In this document: positions 30,091-41,059 of the stretch, piece by piece
Layout: each line of letters starts with the position of its first letter
How positions within the stretch are numbered: position 1 is the first letter of the stretch
Assembly (NCBI GenBank): GCA_964464935.1
Contig: CAYXKE010000003.1
Coordinates: 6,844 to 53,718 of the forward strand
Origin: an uncultured Chryseobacterium sp.
GTDB taxonomy: Bacteria; Bacteroidota; Bacteroidia; Flavobacteriales_F; PHOS-HE28
DNA length: 46,875 nucleotides
Direction of reading: 5' to 3'
The notes under the pieces: model-generated
Database searches by the model: none
Seen by the model: the letters and a program-made list of their open reading frames with translations, nothing else
Told to the model about the DNA's origin: nothing
Program-made: the position numbers and the translations under genes

Positions 30091-30111
30091 TATATAGAAC
30101 TGTTCTAAATA
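30091..30111. promoter_or_regulatory. AT-rich 10-1-10 palindrome, candidate Fur-family operator
   Basis: TATATAGAAC-T-GTTCTAAATA (one mismatch) in a GC-rich background, between divergent promoters. Confidence 0.6.
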
Positions 30112-30165
30112 GCAGGAAGTGGCAAGGTGCTTGCAATTCAGGTCGTTCCCCCTTCCGGGCCATTC

Positions 30166-30173
30166 TACCTTTG
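30166..30173 (+). promoter_or_regulatory. sigmaA -7 element TACCTTTG for the SPOR gene
   Basis: Exact TAnnTTTG, ending 9 nt before ATG 30183. Confidence 0.7.
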
Positions 30174-30182
30174 GCAGCGTTC

Positions 30183-30665
30183 ATGCGCCCACATTTTCCG
30201 ATGGCTTGGCAACCCCGTTGCGTACTGACCGCCGCCCTGCTCCTGTGCGGCACGTACCTGTCCTGGGCACAGGACCCGGCGGCACCACGCACCTTCCAGC
30301 CATACACGCCCGTGGACACGCCCCAGCGCACCATGCCGCGCGCGGGCCAGGTGGACGTGAACGAGGATCCCGCGGTGATGCGCCTCATGCAGCAGTACCG
30401 GGAGAAGCCCATGACGCGCCCCGGCTACCGGGTGCAGATCTTCCTGGGCGAGCGCAGCTTGGCGGAGGAGCAGAAGCGCATCTTCCTGCAGCGCCATCCC
30501 GAGGTGCCCGCCTACCTGAGCTGGCTGGCGCCCAACTTCCGGCTGCGGGTGGGCGATCTGCGCACCCGCCTGGAGGCCGAGCGGCTGCTGAACGAGCTGC
30601 GTGAACAGTTCCCCGGCAGCTATGTCGTGCCCGACGAGATCGAGATGCCGCGGCCGGGGATCTGA
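30183..30665 (+). CDS. SPOR domain-containing secreted protein
   Basis: Signal peptide (SWA|QDP), GYRVQIFLG, PNFRLRVGDLRTRLEAE, FPGSYVVPD. Confidence 0.85.
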   Translation: MRPHFPMAWQPRCVLTAALLLCGTYLSWAQDPAAPRTFQPYTPVDTPQRTMPRAGQVDVNEDPAVMRLMQQYREKPMTRPGYRVQIFLGERSLAEEQKRIFLQRHPEVPAYLSWLAPNFRLRVGDLRTRLEAERLLNELREQFPGSYVVPDEIEMPRPGI

Positions 30666-30722
30666 TCACTTCATGCCTGGTGCGCGTGCTCCAGCGACCG
30701 CGCACGGCCACGCACAGGGTGA

Positions 30723-30755
30723 AATGAAAAAGCCGGGGGGGCCGGCCTTTTCATT
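30723..30755. terminator. Bidirectional intrinsic terminator between the SPOR gene and infB
   Basis: AATGAAAA-A-GCCGG-GGGGG-CCGGC-C-TTTTCATT inverted repeat with A and T tracts. Confidence 0.75.
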
Positions 30756-30772
30756 GGGTGTCAGCTGGCCGA

Positions 30773-33409
30773 TCACTCGCCCAGCGTACGTTTCACTGCC
30801 TCGATGGTGAACGCCTCGATGGTATCGCCCACCTTGATGTCGTTGAAGTTCTTGATGGAGAGGCCGCACTCGTAGCCGTGGCTCACCTCCTTCACGTCGT
30901 CCTTGAAGCGCTTCAGTTCGTTCAGCTCGCCGGTGTACACCACGATGCCGTCACGGATCACGCGCACCTTGTTCTTGCGCTCGATCTTGCCGTCCAGCAC
31001 GTAGCAGCCGGCCACGGTGCCCACCTTGCTGATGCGGAAGGTCTCGCGCACCTCGGCGGTACCGGTCACCTTTTCCACCTCCTTCGGCGCGAGCATGCCT
31101 TCCATGGCCTGCTTCACCTCCTCGATGGCGTCGTAGATGATCGAGTAGAGGCGGATGTCGATCTCCTCGGCCTCGGCCAACTTGCGTGCGCCCGGCGTGG
31201 GACGCACTTGGAAGCCGATGATGATGGCGTTCGAGGCGGTGGCCAGCAGCACATCGCTCTCGGCGATCGGGCCCACCGCACGGTGGATCACGTTCACCTT
31301 GATGCGCTCGGTGGTGAGCTTCAGCAGCGAGTCGGTGAGGGCCTCCACGGAACCGTCCACGTCGCCCTTGACGATGAGGTTGAGCTCCTTGAAATCACCG
31401 ATCGCCAGACGACGCCCGATCTCGTCGAGCGTGATGTGCTTGTGCGTACGGATGCCCTGCTCGCGCTGCAGCTGCTGGCGGCGGGTGGCGATGGCGCGGG
31501 CATCACGCTCGTCCTCGAACACCTGGAAGGTGTCGCCCGCGTTGGGCGCGCCGTCCAGACCCAGGATGGACACCGGGGTGGAGGGCGGGGCTTCGCTCAC
31601 GCTCTGGCCGCGTTCGTTGAACATGTTCCGCACCCGGCCGCTGTACTGACCGGCCAGGATGATGTCGCCCTTGCGGAGGGTGCCGGAGTCCACCAGCAGG
31701 GTGCTCACATAGCCGCGGCCCTGCTCCAGGGAGCTTTCGATCACCACACCGTGGGCGCGTTTGCCGGGGTCGGCCTTGAGGTCGAGCATTTCGGCCTCCA
31801 GCAGCACCTTGTCCAGCAGCTGGTCCACACCGGAGCCCTTCTTGGCACTGATCTCCTGTGTCTGGAACTTGCCGCCCCACTCCTCCACGAGGATGTTCAT
31901 CTGCGAGAGCTCCTCGCGGATCTTGTCGGGGTTGGCCTGGGGCTTGTCGATCTTGTTGAAGGCGAACACCATGGGCACGCCGGCGGCCTGCGCGTGGTTG
32001 ATGGCCTCGCGCGTCTGCGGCATCACACTGTCGTCAGCGGCGATCACAATGATCGCGATGTCGGTGACCTGCGCGCCACGTGCACGCATGGCGGTGAAGG
32101 CCTCGTGACCCGGGGTGTCCAGGAAGGTGATCTTCTTGCCGCTCTCCAGCTTCACGCTGTAGGCGCCGATGTGCTGGGTGATGCCCCCGGCCTCACCGGC
32201 GATCACGTTGGCTTTCCGGATATAGTCGAGCAATGAGGTCTTGCCGTGGTCCACGTGACCCATCACGGTGACGATGGGCGGGCGCGGCACCACGCGGGCG
32301 GGGTCGTCCTCCTCCTGCTGGATGTTCTCCTGCACCTCGGCCCCCACGAACTCCACCTTGAAGCCGTACTCATCGGCGATCACGGACAGGGTCTCGGCGT
32401 CCAGGCGCTGGTTGATGCTCACCATCATGCCCAGGCTGAAGCAGGCCTTGATGATGTCGGTCACGGGCAGGCCCATCATGGAGGCGAGCTCGCTGGCGGT
32501 CACGAACTCGGTGACCTTGATGGTCTTGCCGGCCAGTTCGCGTGCGGCTTGTTCCTCCTCGAAGCGCTGATAGCGGGCATCGCGCTTCTCCCGGCGCAGG
32601 CGGGCGCCCTTGCTCTTGCCGGATCCGGTGAGGCGAGCGAGGGTCTCGCTCACCTTGCGTTTCACGGCGTTCTCGTCCAGTTCGCCCGGACGGCCACCGG
32701 TCGAGGAGCTCTGTTCCTGCTGCACGGCCCGGTCGATGTTCACCGGACCCGGTTTCACGATGCGTTTGCGGCGACCGCGATTGGTCTGGCCGCCACGCGG
32801 CTCGGCGGGTTTGCGCTCGCGCGGGGCGGGCAGTTCGATCTTGCCCAAGGTCTTGGGCCCGGCGAGCTTCTCCACCTGCACCCGGATGGTTTCCGGCTCA
32901 TTGGGCTTGGCGGGCGGCTGCGGCGGTTCGGGGGCCTTGGCCTCCACCACGGGCGTGGCCGCTGCCGGTGGCGGTTCGGGGGCCTTCTCCTCCACGGGTT
33001 TGGCGGGCGGCGCGGGCTCGGGGGGCTGCGGCTTGCGCTCCAGGTCGATGCGGCTCACCACCTTCACCTGGGCGGGGGCGGCGGGGCGAGCGCGGATCAC
33101 CTCGGGCTCGGCGGGCTTGGCCGGCGCGGGGGGCTCTGGGGCCTCGGCGGGGGGCGCATCATCGGTCAGGGAGATCGTTTCCCGCTCCTGGCGCTGCTGC
33201 ACCACCTTGCGGCTCTTCTGCTTGATCTCCTTGTCCGTGCCGAATTCCTCCTGGAGGAGATCGTACATCTCCCCAGTGATCTTGGTGTTGGGGTTCGCCA
33301 CCACGTCGTGCCCCTTGGAGTTCAGGAACTCCGCCAGCGTGGCCACGGCCAGGTTGAATTCCCTGGCCACCTTGTTCAATCGTATGCCCTTATCCGTCGC
33401 TTCGCTCAT
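30773..33409 (-). CDS. infB: Translation initiation factor IF-2
   Basis: [12 protein letters not shown]-domain, [41 protein letters not shown]-terminal ECGL. Confidence 0.99.
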   Translation of the reverse strand: MSEATDKGIRLNKVAREFNLAVATLAEFLNSKGHDVVANPNTKITGEMYDLLQEEFGTDKEIKQKSRKVVQQRQERETISLTDDAPPAEAPEPPAPAKPAEPEVIRARPAAPAQVKVVSRIDLERKPQPPEPAPPAKPVEEKAPEPPPAAATPVVEAKAPEPPQPPAKPNEPETIRVQVEKLAGPKTLGKIELPAPRERKPAEPRGGQTNRGRRKRIVKPGPVNIDRAVQQEQSSSTGGRPGELDENAVKRKVSETLARLTGSGKSKGARLRREKRDARYQRFEEEQAARELAGKTIKVTEFVTASELASMMGLPVTDIIKACFSLGMMVSINQRLDAETLSVIADEYGFKVEFVGAEVQENIQQEEDDPARVVPRPPIVTVMGHVDHGKTSLLDYIRKANVIAGEAGGITQHIGAYSVKLESGKKITFLDTPGHEAFTAMRARGAQVTDIAIIVIAADDSVMPQTREAINHAQAAGVPMVFAFNKIDKPQANPDKIREELSQMNILVEEWGGKFQTQEISAKKGSGVDQLLDKVLLEAEMLDLKADPGKRAHGVVIESSLEQGRGYVSTLLVDSGTLRKGDIILAGQYSGRVRNMFNERGQSVSEAPPSTPVSILGLDGAPNAGDTFQVFEDERDARAIATRRQQLQREQGIRTHKHITLDEIGRRLAIGDFKELNLIVKGDVDGSVEALTDSLLKLTTERIKVNVIHRAVGPIAESDVLLATASNAIIIGFQVRPTPGARKLAEAEEIDIRLYSIIYDAIEEVKQAMEGMLAPKEVEKVTGTAEVRETFRISKVGTVAGCYVLDGKIERKNKVRVIRDGIVVYTGELNELKRFKDDVKEVSHGYECGLSIKNFNDIKVGDTIEAFTIEAVKRTLGE

Positions 33410-33436
33410 GCAATGTGCTTTGTCCGCCTACCCGCT

Positions 33437-34675
33437 TCAGGCCTCCAGCTCTTCGCGCAGGATGCGGATCACTTCGTTGATGGTCTCTTCCTCCAGATCG
33501 GTGCGGCGCACCAGTTCGTCGGCGGGGATCTCCAGTACGCTGCGCGCCGTATCGCAGCCGATGTCCTTCAGGATGTTGATGATCCACGCATCGATCTCGT
33601 CGGCGAAATCGTCCAGCGCCACGTCGTCGGTCACCTCGTCGGTCTCGCGGTACACGTCGATCTCAAAGCCCGTGAGCTTGCCGGCGAGCTTGATGTTGTG
33701 GCCGCCTTTGCCGATGGCCAGAGCCACTTGGTCGGGCTTCATGTACACCTCGGCCCGGCGGTTCTCGTGGTCCAGCTTGATGTCGCCCACCTTGGCCGGG
33801 CTCAGCGCACGCTGGATCAGCAGTTGGTCGTTGCTGGTGAAGTTGATCACGTCGATGTTCTCGTTGCGCAGCTCGCGCACGATGCCGTGGATGCGGCTGC
33901 CCTTCATGCCCACGCAGGCGCCCACCGGGTCGATGCGGTCGTCGTAGCTCTCCACGGCCACTTTGGCACGTTCACCGGGCTCGCGCACGATGCGCTTGAT
34001 GGTGATCAGGCCATCAGCCACCTCGGGCACCTCATGCTCGAACAATTTGGCGAGGAACTCGGGGGCGGTGCGGCTCAGGATCACCACGGGGGTGTTGTTC
34101 CGCATCTCCACCTTCCACACCACGGCGCGCACGGTGTCGCCCTTCTTGAAGAAATCGCTCTTGATCTGCTGGTCCTTGGGCAGGATCAGCTCGTTGCCCT
34201 CGTCGTCCAGCACCAGCGTCTCACGCTTCCACACCTGGTACACCTCGCCAGCGATGATGTCGCCCACGCGCTCCTTGTACTTGTTGTAGAGGTGGTCCTT
34301 CTCCAGTTCCATGATGCGGCTCTGGAGGTTCTGCTTCAGCGCCAGGATGTTGCGGCGGCCAAAGTCCTCGATCTTCACCTCCTGGCTCACCTCTTCGCCC
34401 ACCTCGAAATCGGGGTCGATCTTCCGGGCCTCGCTCAGCTCGATATCCAGATTGTCGTCCTCGCTCATGCCGTCCTCCACGATCACGCGGTTCAGCCAGA
34501 TCTCCAGGTCACCCTTGTCCGGGTTGATGATGATGTCCACGTTGGCCTCTTCGCCAAAGCGCTTCTTCACCACGCTGCGGAAGACATCCTCCAGGATGCC
34601 CATCAAGGTCACACGGTCGATGTTCTTGAAGTCCTTGAACTCGCTGAAGGACTCGATGAGGTTTACGGTGCTCAT
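33437..34675 (-). CDS. nusA: Transcription termination/antitermination factor NusA
   Basis: ATG 34675 (MSTVNLIESFSEFK), FEHEVPE, REPGERAKVAV, DPVGACVGMKGSRI, LAIGKGGHN. Confidence 0.98.
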   Translation of the reverse strand: MSTVNLIESFSEFKDFKNIDRVTLMGILEDVFRSVVKKRFGEEANVDIIINPDKGDLEIWLNRVIVEDGMSEDDNLDIELSEARKIDPDFEVGEEVSQEVKIEDFGRRNILALKQNLQSRIMELEKDHLYNKYKERVGDIIAGEVYQVWKRETLVLDDEGNELILPKDQQIKSDFFKKGDTVRAVVWKVEMRNNTPVVILSRTAPEFLAKLFEHEVPEVADGLITIKRIVREPGERAKVAVESYDDRIDPVGACVGMKGSRIHGIVRELRNENIDVINFTSNDQLLIQRALSPAKVGDIKLDHENRRAEVYMKPDQVALAIGKGGHNIKLAGKLTGFEIDVYRETDEVTDDVALDDFADEIDAWIINILKDIGCDTARSVLEIPADELVRRTDLEEETINEVIRILREELEA

Positions 34676-34683
34676 GGCACGTT

Positions 34684-35145
34684 TCAATTGAACTTGATGG
34701 TTGCTTTGGTATGTTGGACCTGGTCCAGGGGGATGAACGTGACCTCGGGGTCCAGCTTGGCGGGCCGGCCCTTCACCTTCGCGGGGTGCTCGATGCGCAT
34801 GCCCAGCGTGCCATCGCCGTAGCTGGTCAGCTCGCCCCGCAGCGTGCGCCCGTCCAGGAGCTGCACGTCCACCAGGCGGCCCAGATGCTTTCGGTACTGC
34901 TGCTCCACCTTGAAGGGGCGGCCCGCACCGGGGCTGCTGAACTCCACCTCGAGGTCATCGGCGGCGGTGCCCAGGTCCTCGCGCACGGCCCGGTTCAAGG
35001 ATGCCAGGTCGTTGATCGTGATGGCCTTGGCGTCGTCCACCTCCACCACCAATTTGCCCGGGCGCACCGCCACATCCACCAGGAAGTGGGAGGTGCCCTC
35101 CAGGTGCTTCAGCACCTTTTCACGGACCAATTGTTCGGTGATCAT
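34684..35145 (-). CDS. rimP: Ribosome maturation factor RimP
   Basis: LEVEFSSPGAGRPF..QY.KHLGR motif; first gene of rimP-nusA-infB. Confidence 0.92.
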   Translation of the reverse strand: MITEQLVREKVLKHLEGTSHFLVDVAVRPGKLVVEVDDAKAITINDLASLNRAVREDLGTAADDLEVEFSSPGAGRPFKVEQQYRKHLGRLVDVQLLDGRTLRGELTSYGDGTLGMRIEHPAKVKGRPAKLDPEVTFIPLDQVQHTKATIKFN

Positions 35146-35171
35146 CTTACTGCTCGCTGACAGCGGGTAAC

Positions 35172-35194
35172 AAAAAAGAGGGGGGGCCCCTCTT
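35172..35194 (-). promoter_or_regulatory. rimP leader terminator/attenuator hairpin
   Basis: Minus strand AAGAGGGG-CCC-CCCCTCTT-TTTT lies between the promoter TACATTTG (35221-35228) and the rimP ATG. Confidence 0.75.
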
Positions 35195-35220
35195 CCTCGT
35201 CAACCACCAACTGTCGGGCA

Positions 35221-35228
35221 CAAATGTA
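35221..35228 (-). promoter_or_regulatory. sigmaA -7 element TACATTTG for rimP-nusA-infB
   Basis: Exact TAnnTTTG. Confidence 0.7.
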
Positions 35229-35261
35229 CGACTTCCTGAGCGAAGCCCGACACGCACCCGT

Positions 35262-37751
35262 TCAGGTCCATCCGCGCACGTACACGCGTTTCACGCGCGG
35301 GGCGATGCTGGTGAGCACCTCGTAGGGGATGGTGCCCAGCTGTTGGGCGAGCACCTGCACCGGCTGTTCCGGACCAATGATCCAGGCCGGGTCGCCCACG
35401 GCGCAGGGGATGCCGGTGACGTCGACCATCACCATGTCCATGCACACATGGCCCACGATGGGGGCGCGGCGGCCCTGCACCCAGGCGGCGCCCACGCCGT
35501 TCCCGAGCCGGCGCGAGAGGCCGTCGGCATACCCGATGGGGAGCGTGGCGATGGTGCGTGGGGTGGGGGCGGCGTCGCGGGCGCCGTAGCCCACGCCGTC
35601 GCCGGCGGGCACCTGCCGCAGCTGGGCGATGGGCGTGCGCAATGAGGCGGCCGGGCGCAGCAGGGCGGTCTCGGCCGCATCGTGCCCCAGCCCGTGCAGC
35701 CCGATCCCCAGCCGCACCATGTCGAAATGGGCCTCGGGGAAGCGGCTCACCGCGGCCGTGTTGGCGATGTGCCGCAGGGGGCGGTGGTCCAGCACGGCGT
35801 CGATGGCGTCGGCCATTTGGGTGAAAAGGGCGATCTGCCGATGGGTGAAGGCGTCCATGGCCGGGTCTTCACTGGCCACCAAATGCGAGAAGATCGTGGC
35901 CACCCGCAACCGCGGTGCCTGGCGCAGGGCGGACAGTAGGGCGGGCAGGTCGTCCGCACCGAAGCCCAGGCGGTGCATACCGGTGTCCAGCTTGATGTGG
36001 ACGGTGAGCGCACCGGGGTGGAGGCGGGCGAACTCCACCACCTCGGCCAGCGTGCGGGCGTCGTACACCTCGGGCTCCAGATCGAACCGTTGCAGGGTGC
36101 CCAGCTCCACGGGCTCGGGGTTCATCACCATGATCGGCAGGTCGATGCCCGCCTGCCGCAATTCCACCCCTTCATCGGCATAGGCCACGCCCAGGCAGTC
36201 CACACGCTCGTGGGCCATGAGGCGGGCCAGCTCCAGGGCGCCGGCCCCGTAGCCGAAGGCCTTCGCCATGGCCATCACCCGCACACCCGGGGCCAGCTTC
36301 GCGCGGAAGTGGTTGAGGTTGTGGCGGATGGCTTCCAGGTCCACCTCCAGCAGGGTGCCGTGCACCTGCCGCTGCCACCGGGCCACCACCTTTTCCAAGG
36401 CGAACTGGCGCGCGCCCTTCACCAGGATGGCGTGGCCGGCCAGGTCGTGCAGTTCCACACCGGTGAGCAGTGCGGCGGTGTCGGGGAAGAAGCGTGCGGT
36501 GGGCGGCATGTGCACGGTGGCTGCGGCAAGCTCGGGGCCCACGCAGAGCACCTGTGCCACGCCGCCGCGGGCCAGCAGCTCGCCCACCTGCCGGTAACGT
36601 TGGTCGGGTGGGTCGGGGCTGTCATGCAGGTCGGTAAGCACCACCGCCTTGGGTCGGCCGGCGGCCACCTGGTCCAAGTGGTCCAGCGCGATGGCCAGCG
36701 AGGTGGGGTCGTTGCTGTACGCGTCGTTGATCAGGGTGGTGCCGTGCCGCCCGTCCACCGTTTCCAGGCGCATGGCCACGGGGGGCAGGTGCGGGGTGCG
36801 CGCGGCGATCCACGCAGGCTTGTGCCCCAGGTGGAGCAGCAGCGTCACGCAGTGCAGCACGTTCTCCACCGATGCGGGGTCGGTGAAGGGCACTTCGAAG
36901 GTGAACCCATGCCGGTCGGTGAGCACGGTGATGCGGGTGCCGTGGCCGTGGCGCTGCTCATGCGTCACGTGCAGCCAGGCGGGCGTGTTCCGCCCCCAGG
37001 TCACCTCGGTGAGTCGCTGGCCCAGCCCGGTTCGGCGCACGGCATCGGCCACCACGGTGTGGTCCGCGCAATGCACCAGCACCTCGGCACCGGCGAACAG
37101 GCGCAGTTTCTCCTCCACCTTGTGGGCGTCGTCGCGGAAGCCGCTGCCGTGGGCGGGGCCGATGTTGGTGAGGATGCCGATGGTGGGGTGGATCATGGCG
37201 CGCAGGCGGTCCATTTCGCCCGGCCGGCTGATGCCCGCCTCGAAAAGCCCCAGGGTGTGTTCGGGGCGCATCTGCCACACGCTCAGGGGCACGCCCACCT
37301 GCGAGTTCCAGCTGCCCGGGCTGCGCACAATGTGGTGCTCGTCGCGCAGCAGGTGGAAGAGCCACTCCTTCACCACCGTCTTGCCGTTGCTGCCGGTGAT
37401 ACCCACCACGGGGAAGTGGTGCTGGGCGCGGTGCCATGCGGCCATGCGTTGCAGGGCGTCGAGCGGGTCGGCCACCACGATGAAGTTGAGGCCCTCCAGC
37501 GCGGTGCCGGTGGGCAGGACGAAGTCGCGCGCCACCACGAAGTCGCGCACGCCGCGTTCGATCAGTGCGGGGATGTAGCGGTGGCCATCGTGTCGCTCCC
37601 CGCGCAGGGCGATGAACAGCGACCCATCGGCGGGCAGGGGTTTGCGCGAGTCGATGCACAGGTGGTGCACCGGTCGGTCAGGTGCGGTGCCGTGGAGCTG
37701 GCCGTTCACCGCGGCGGCCAGATCGCCGATGCGATGCGGGCGACGCATCAT
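35262..37751 (-). CDS. alr: Bifunctional MurF-like ligase / alanine racemase
   Basis: MurF half: [40 protein letters not shown]. Alr half: [46 protein letters not shown] overlap with the tdk stop. Confidence 0.93.
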   Translation of the reverse strand: MMRRPHRIGDLAAAVNGQLHGTAPDRPVHHLCIDSRKPLPADGSLFIALRGERHDGHRYIPALIERGVRDFVVARDFVLPTGTALEGLNFIVVADPLDALQRMAAWHRAQHHFPVVGITGSNGKTVVKEWLFHLLRDEHHIVRSPGSWNSQVGVPLSVWQMRPEHTLGLFEAGISRPGEMDRLRAMIHPTIGILTNIGPAHGSGFRDDAHKVEEKLRLFAGAEVLVHCADHTVVADAVRRTGLGQRLTEVTWGRNTPAWLHVTHEQRHGHGTRITVLTDRHGFTFEVPFTDPASVENVLHCVTLLLHLGHKPAWIAARTPHLPPVAMRLETVDGRHGTTLINDAYSNDPTSLAIALDHLDQVAAGRPKAVVLTDLHDSPDPPDQRYRQVGELLARGGVAQVLCVGPELAAATVHMPPTARFFPDTAALLTGVELHDLAGHAILVKGARQFALEKVVARWQRQVHGTLLEVDLEAIRHNLNHFRAKLAPGVRVMAMAKAFGYGAGALELARLMAHERVDCLGVAYADEGVELRQAGIDLPIMVMNPEPVELGTLQRFDLEPEVYDARTLAEVVEFARLHPGALTVHIKLDTGMHRLGFGADDLPALLSALRQAPRLRVATIFSHLVASEDPAMDAFTHRQIALFTQMADAIDAVLDHRPLRHIANTAAVSRFPEAHFDMVRLGIGLHGLGHDAAETALLRPAASLRTPIAQLRQVPAGDGVGYGARDAAPTPRTIATLPIGYADGLSRRLGNGVGAAWVQGRRAPIVGHVCMDMVMVDVTGIPCAVGDPAWIIGPEQPVQVLAQQLGTIPYEVLTSIAPRVKRVYVRGWT

Positions 37752-38335
37752 TGCGCAGTGGCTTGGCGGGCGGCGTGGAAGCAGCTGCGGCAAAGGGGCT
37801 GGTAGCTGTCGGTCTCGCCCAGCACCACCAGGTCCTTGCTGGCGGTGAGCCGATTGCTGAAGGAAGCCAGCCCGCCGCAGTTCACGCAGATGGCGTGCAC
37901 CTTGGTCACGTACTCGGCCATGGCCATCAGGCGGGGAATGGGTCCGAACGGCCGACCTTGGAAATCCATGTCGAGCCCGGCGGCGATCACGCGCACGCCG
38001 GAGGCCGCCAGTTGCATGCACACCTCGGGCAGGCCATCATCGAAGAACTGCGCCTCGTCGATGCCCACCACCTGGATGCCGTCGGCCAGCAGGAGCAGGT
38101 TGCCGCTGCCGTTCACCGGGGTGCTGCGGATGGAGTTGGCGTCATGGCTCACCACCTCCTCCACGGAGTAGCGCGTGTCCACCGCGGGTTTGAAGATCTC
38201 CACCCGCTGGCGGGCGATCTCGGCGCGGCGCAGGCGGCGGATGAGCTCCTCGGTCTTGCCCGAGAACATGCAGCCACAGATCACCTCGATCCATCCCTTG
38301 CGCGGGACGTGGTGACCGGTCTGCTCCAGGAACAT
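37748..38335 (-). CDS. tdk: Thymidine kinase
   Basis: ATG 38335. [35 protein letters not shown], Zn motifs CVNCG and PLCRSC. TATTTTCG at 38383-38390 upstream. Confidence 0.96.
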   Translation of the reverse strand: MFLEQTGHHVPRKGWIEVICGCMFSGKTEELIRRLRRAEIARQRVEIFKPAVDTRYSVEEVVSHDANSIRSTPVNGSGNLLLLADGIQVVGIDEAQFFDDGLPEVCMQLAASGVRVIAAGLDMDFQGRPFGPIPRLMAMAEYVTKVHAICVNCGGLASFSNRLTASKDLVVLGETDSYQPLCRSCFHAARQATAQ

Positions 38336-38422
38336 GCTTGGGTGGGGCGATCGGCGTGTGGGCCCGATCTTGGAGGGTGCGGCGAAAATAGGGATCTTCG
38401 CACTGGCCGACCGGCCAACGGC

Positions 38423-38977
38423 ATGATGGGAGAGGAGAACGTCTACCACCGCACCGCCGACCTGATCGAGGCCCTTGTGGCCGCCCAACGTGACCTGGAG
38501 CAGGGTCGCCTGGACTTGCATGGGTTGGATCATGCCTGCGATACGGCCCGCGAACTCTACGAGCGCTTGGTGGTGGTGCGCCACAAGGTGCGCGAACAGC
38601 GAACACCCGGCCGCGCCGCGCCGGCCGCCTCGCAGGAGCCCATCCGGCTGGACACCCGGCCCATGGGGCTGCCGGGACAGACCTCGTTGATCGATGCCAT
38701 CGCGGCCACCGAGCAGGAGCAGTCCGCCACTGCGACCCCGCCCGTGAAGGACCTGGCCAAGGCCATCTCGCTCAACCACAAGTTCTGGTTCACTGCCGAG
38801 CTGTTCAACGGCGACCGCCAGGCGTACGAACAGGCCATCGCCCGGCTCAATGCCGTGCCGGACAAGGCCTCCGCGCTGGACATGCTGCGCGAGGAGGTCA
38901 TGGCCCGCCTGGACAAGGAACCCGATGCGGAGGCCCTGGCGGCCTTCACCGAATTGTTGGAACGTCGATTTGCATGA
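38423..38977 (+). CDS. Hypothetical cytoplasmic protein
   Basis: ATG 38423/38426. Helical N-domain, low-complexity linker, C-domain [22 protein letters not shown]...LLERRFA. Stop overlaps the next ATG. Confidence 0.75.
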   Translation: MMGEENVYHRTADLIEALVAAQRDLEQGRLDLHGLDHACDTARELYERLVVVRHKVREQRTPGRAAPAASQEPIRLDTRPMGLPGQTSLIDAIAATEQEQSATATPPVKDLAKAISLNHKFWFTAELFNGDRQAYEQAIARLNAVPDKASALDMLREEVMARLDKEPDAEALAAFTELLERRFA

Positions 38978-40242
38978 GGAGAGGGATCTGTGCCGCAGGT
39001 GCGGTGTTGCTTGCGTTGGCCGGTGGGGCCCAGACTGGAACGGATGTGCGGGACCAGGGACGCCGCATCCTGGAGGTGCTTACCGCCCCGGACATGCACG
39101 GGCGCGGCTATGTGCAGGACGGTGATTCGCTGGCCGCAGAATGGATCGCGGCCCAATTCCGCGCCATCGGCCTCAAACCGGTGAAGGACACCTACTTCCA
39201 GCCCTTCCACTTCGCGGTGAACACCTTCCCCGACAGCATCGGTGTGGCCGTGGATGGGCAGCTGCTGCGCCCCGGCACGGACTATCTGGTGCATCCCGCC
39301 TCGGGCTCGGCGGTGGGGCGCTATCCTTTGGTGCATGTGGGCATGGCCGATGTGATGCTGCCCGAGCGCCGCTCCATGACCATGGGGCTGATCACCGGCT
39401 CGGCCGTGCTGCTGCGCCCGCCCACCAGCACCAATAGCGACTCACTGGCCATGTTCCGCGCCATCCAAAAGGAGCTCATGAACCATGGGCCGGTGGTGGT
39501 GCCCGTGAAGGACAAGCTCACGTGGAGCGTGGCGCAGGAGGCACGGCCATTCCCGCTCATTCAGGTGCGCGAGGAGCTGCTCACGGACTCCACCCTGCAG
39601 GTGGACCTGCACGTGCGCCACACCATGCGCCCGCGCCACGCGGCGCGCAACGTGCTCGGCATGGTCAAGGGCCGCGGCAAGCAGTGGATCGTGGTGGGTG
39701 CGCATTATGACCACCTGGGCCGCATGGGCCCCGAAGCCCTCTTCCCCGGCGCCAACGACAACGCCAGCGGGGTCGCCATGCTGCTGGAGCTGGCGCGAAG
39801 CATCGCCCGCCGGCCACTCAAGTACAACGTGCTGTTCGTGGCCTTCGCCGGCGAGGAGGTCGGTCTGCTGGGCAGCGAATGGTTCATCAAGGACCGCCCC
39901 ATCGACCTGGCGGCCATCCGCCTGATGCTCAACCTCGACATCCTGGGCACCGGCGACGACGGCATCACCGTGGTGAACGCCACCGCGCAGCCCGCGCTCT
40001 TCGACAAGCTGGTGGCCATCAACGCCCGTCAACAAGGCCTGGCCGATGTGAAGGCCAGGGGCCCCGCCTGCAACAGCGACCACTGCCCCTTCGCCAACCG
40101 CGGCATCCCCGCCCTCTTCATCTACACCATGGGCGGGGCATCGCACTACCACGATACGTTGGACCAGGGCGCCACGCTGCCGCTGACCAAGTTCAACGAA
40201 CTCCACGCGCTGCTGATGGAGTTCCTGGGCACGGTGAAGTGA
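38974..40242 (+). CDS. M28 family metallopeptidase (secreted)
   Basis: Signal peptide, [35 protein letters not shown]. Confidence 0.92.
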   Translation: MRRGICAAGAVLLALAGGAQTGTDVRDQGRRILEVLTAPDMHGRGYVQDGDSLAAEWIAAQFRAIGLKPVKDTYFQPFHFAVNTFPDSIGVAVDGQLLRPGTDYLVHPASGSAVGRYPLVHVGMADVMLPERRSMTMGLITGSAVLLRPPTSTNSDSLAMFRAIQKELMNHGPVVVPVKDKLTWSVAQEARPFPLIQVREELLTDSTLQVDLHVRHTMRPRHAARNVLGMVKGRGKQWIVVGAHYDHLGRMGPEALFPGANDNASGVAMLLELARSIARRPLKYNVLFVAFAGEEVGLLGSEWFIKDRPIDLAAIRLMLNLDILGTGDDGITVVNATAQPALFDKLVAINARQQGLADVKARGPACNSDHCPFANRGIPALFIYTMGGASHYHDTLDQGATLPLTKFNELHALLMEFLGTVK

Positions 40243-40279
40243 GCGCCCGTTCCCGCATCGCTGCATTTACCTTGTGCCC

Positions 40280-40963
40280 ATGGCCGCATCGCACGCGCAG
40301 TTGGTCGTCGTTCCCACGCCCATCGGCAACCTCGCCGACCTGACGCCACGCGCCGCCGAGGTGTTGGCCGAAGTGGACCTGGTGGTGGCCGAGGATACGC
40401 GGGTGACCGGTCGCTTGCTGCAGCACCTGGGCATCAACAAGCCGCTGGCCAGCTTCCATGCTTTCAACGAGCACCGCACCGTGGATGGCTTGGTGCGCCG
40501 CATGCAGAACGGGGAGCGCCTGGCCCTGGTGAGCGATGCGGGAACGCCCGCCATCAGTGATCCCGGCTTCCTGTTGGTGCGGGCGGCGGTGCAGGGCGGC
40601 CTGACCGTGGAGTGCCTGCCGGGCCCCACCGCCTTCGTGCCAGCCCTGGTGGTGAGCGGCCTGCCGTGCGACCGCTTCGGGTTCGAAGGCTTCCTGCCGC
40701 CGAAGAAAGGCCGCCGCACGCGCTTGGAGGAGCTGGCCCGTGAGCGGCGCACCACCGTGATCTATGAGAGCCCCCATCGCCTGGAACGCACCTTGCGCGA
40801 ACTCGCCGCGGTGTGCGGCCCGGACCGTCCCGCCAGCGTGTCGCGCGAGCTGAGCAAGCTGCATGAGGAGACCCGCCGCGGCACCCTGCAGCTGCTCGCC
40901 GATCACTTCTCGCAGCATCCGCCGAAGGGCGAATGCGTGGTGGTGCTTGGCGGAGCGGAATGA
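40280..40963 (+). CDS. rsmI: 16S rRNA (cytidine1402-2'-O)-methyltransferase
   Basis: VPTPIGNLADLT, AEDTR, VSDAGTPAISDPG, FEGFLP, YESPHR, RELSKLHEE, KGE. Confidence 0.96.
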   Translation: MAASHAQLVVVPTPIGNLADLTPRAAEVLAEVDLVVAEDTRVTGRLLQHLGINKPLASFHAFNEHRTVDGLVRRMQNGERLALVSDAGTPAISDPGFLLVRAAVQGGLTVECLPGPTAFVPALVVSGLPCDRFGFEGFLPPKKGRRTRLEELARERRTTVIYESPHRLERTLRELAAVCGPDRPASVSRELSKLHEETRRGTLQLLADHFSQHPPKGECVVVLGGAE

Positions 40964-41059
40964 TGCGCCATCCACCATGGCCGGTGGATGATCGGATCCC
41001 GTGCAGGAATGGCTGCGGCATTTTCGCAGCTACCTTCGGAGGACCAGCGCCGCCCATTG

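Noticed and set aside
32800-33160. Pro/Ala-rich repetitive stretch in infB
   Set aside because: Ordinary variable low-complexity linker of the IF-2 N-terminal region, not a DNA repeat element.
35262-37751. MurF-alanine racemase fusion as a novelty (likewise the DAHP synthase-chorismate mutase fusion)
   Set aside because: Both fusions are established in Bacteroidota.
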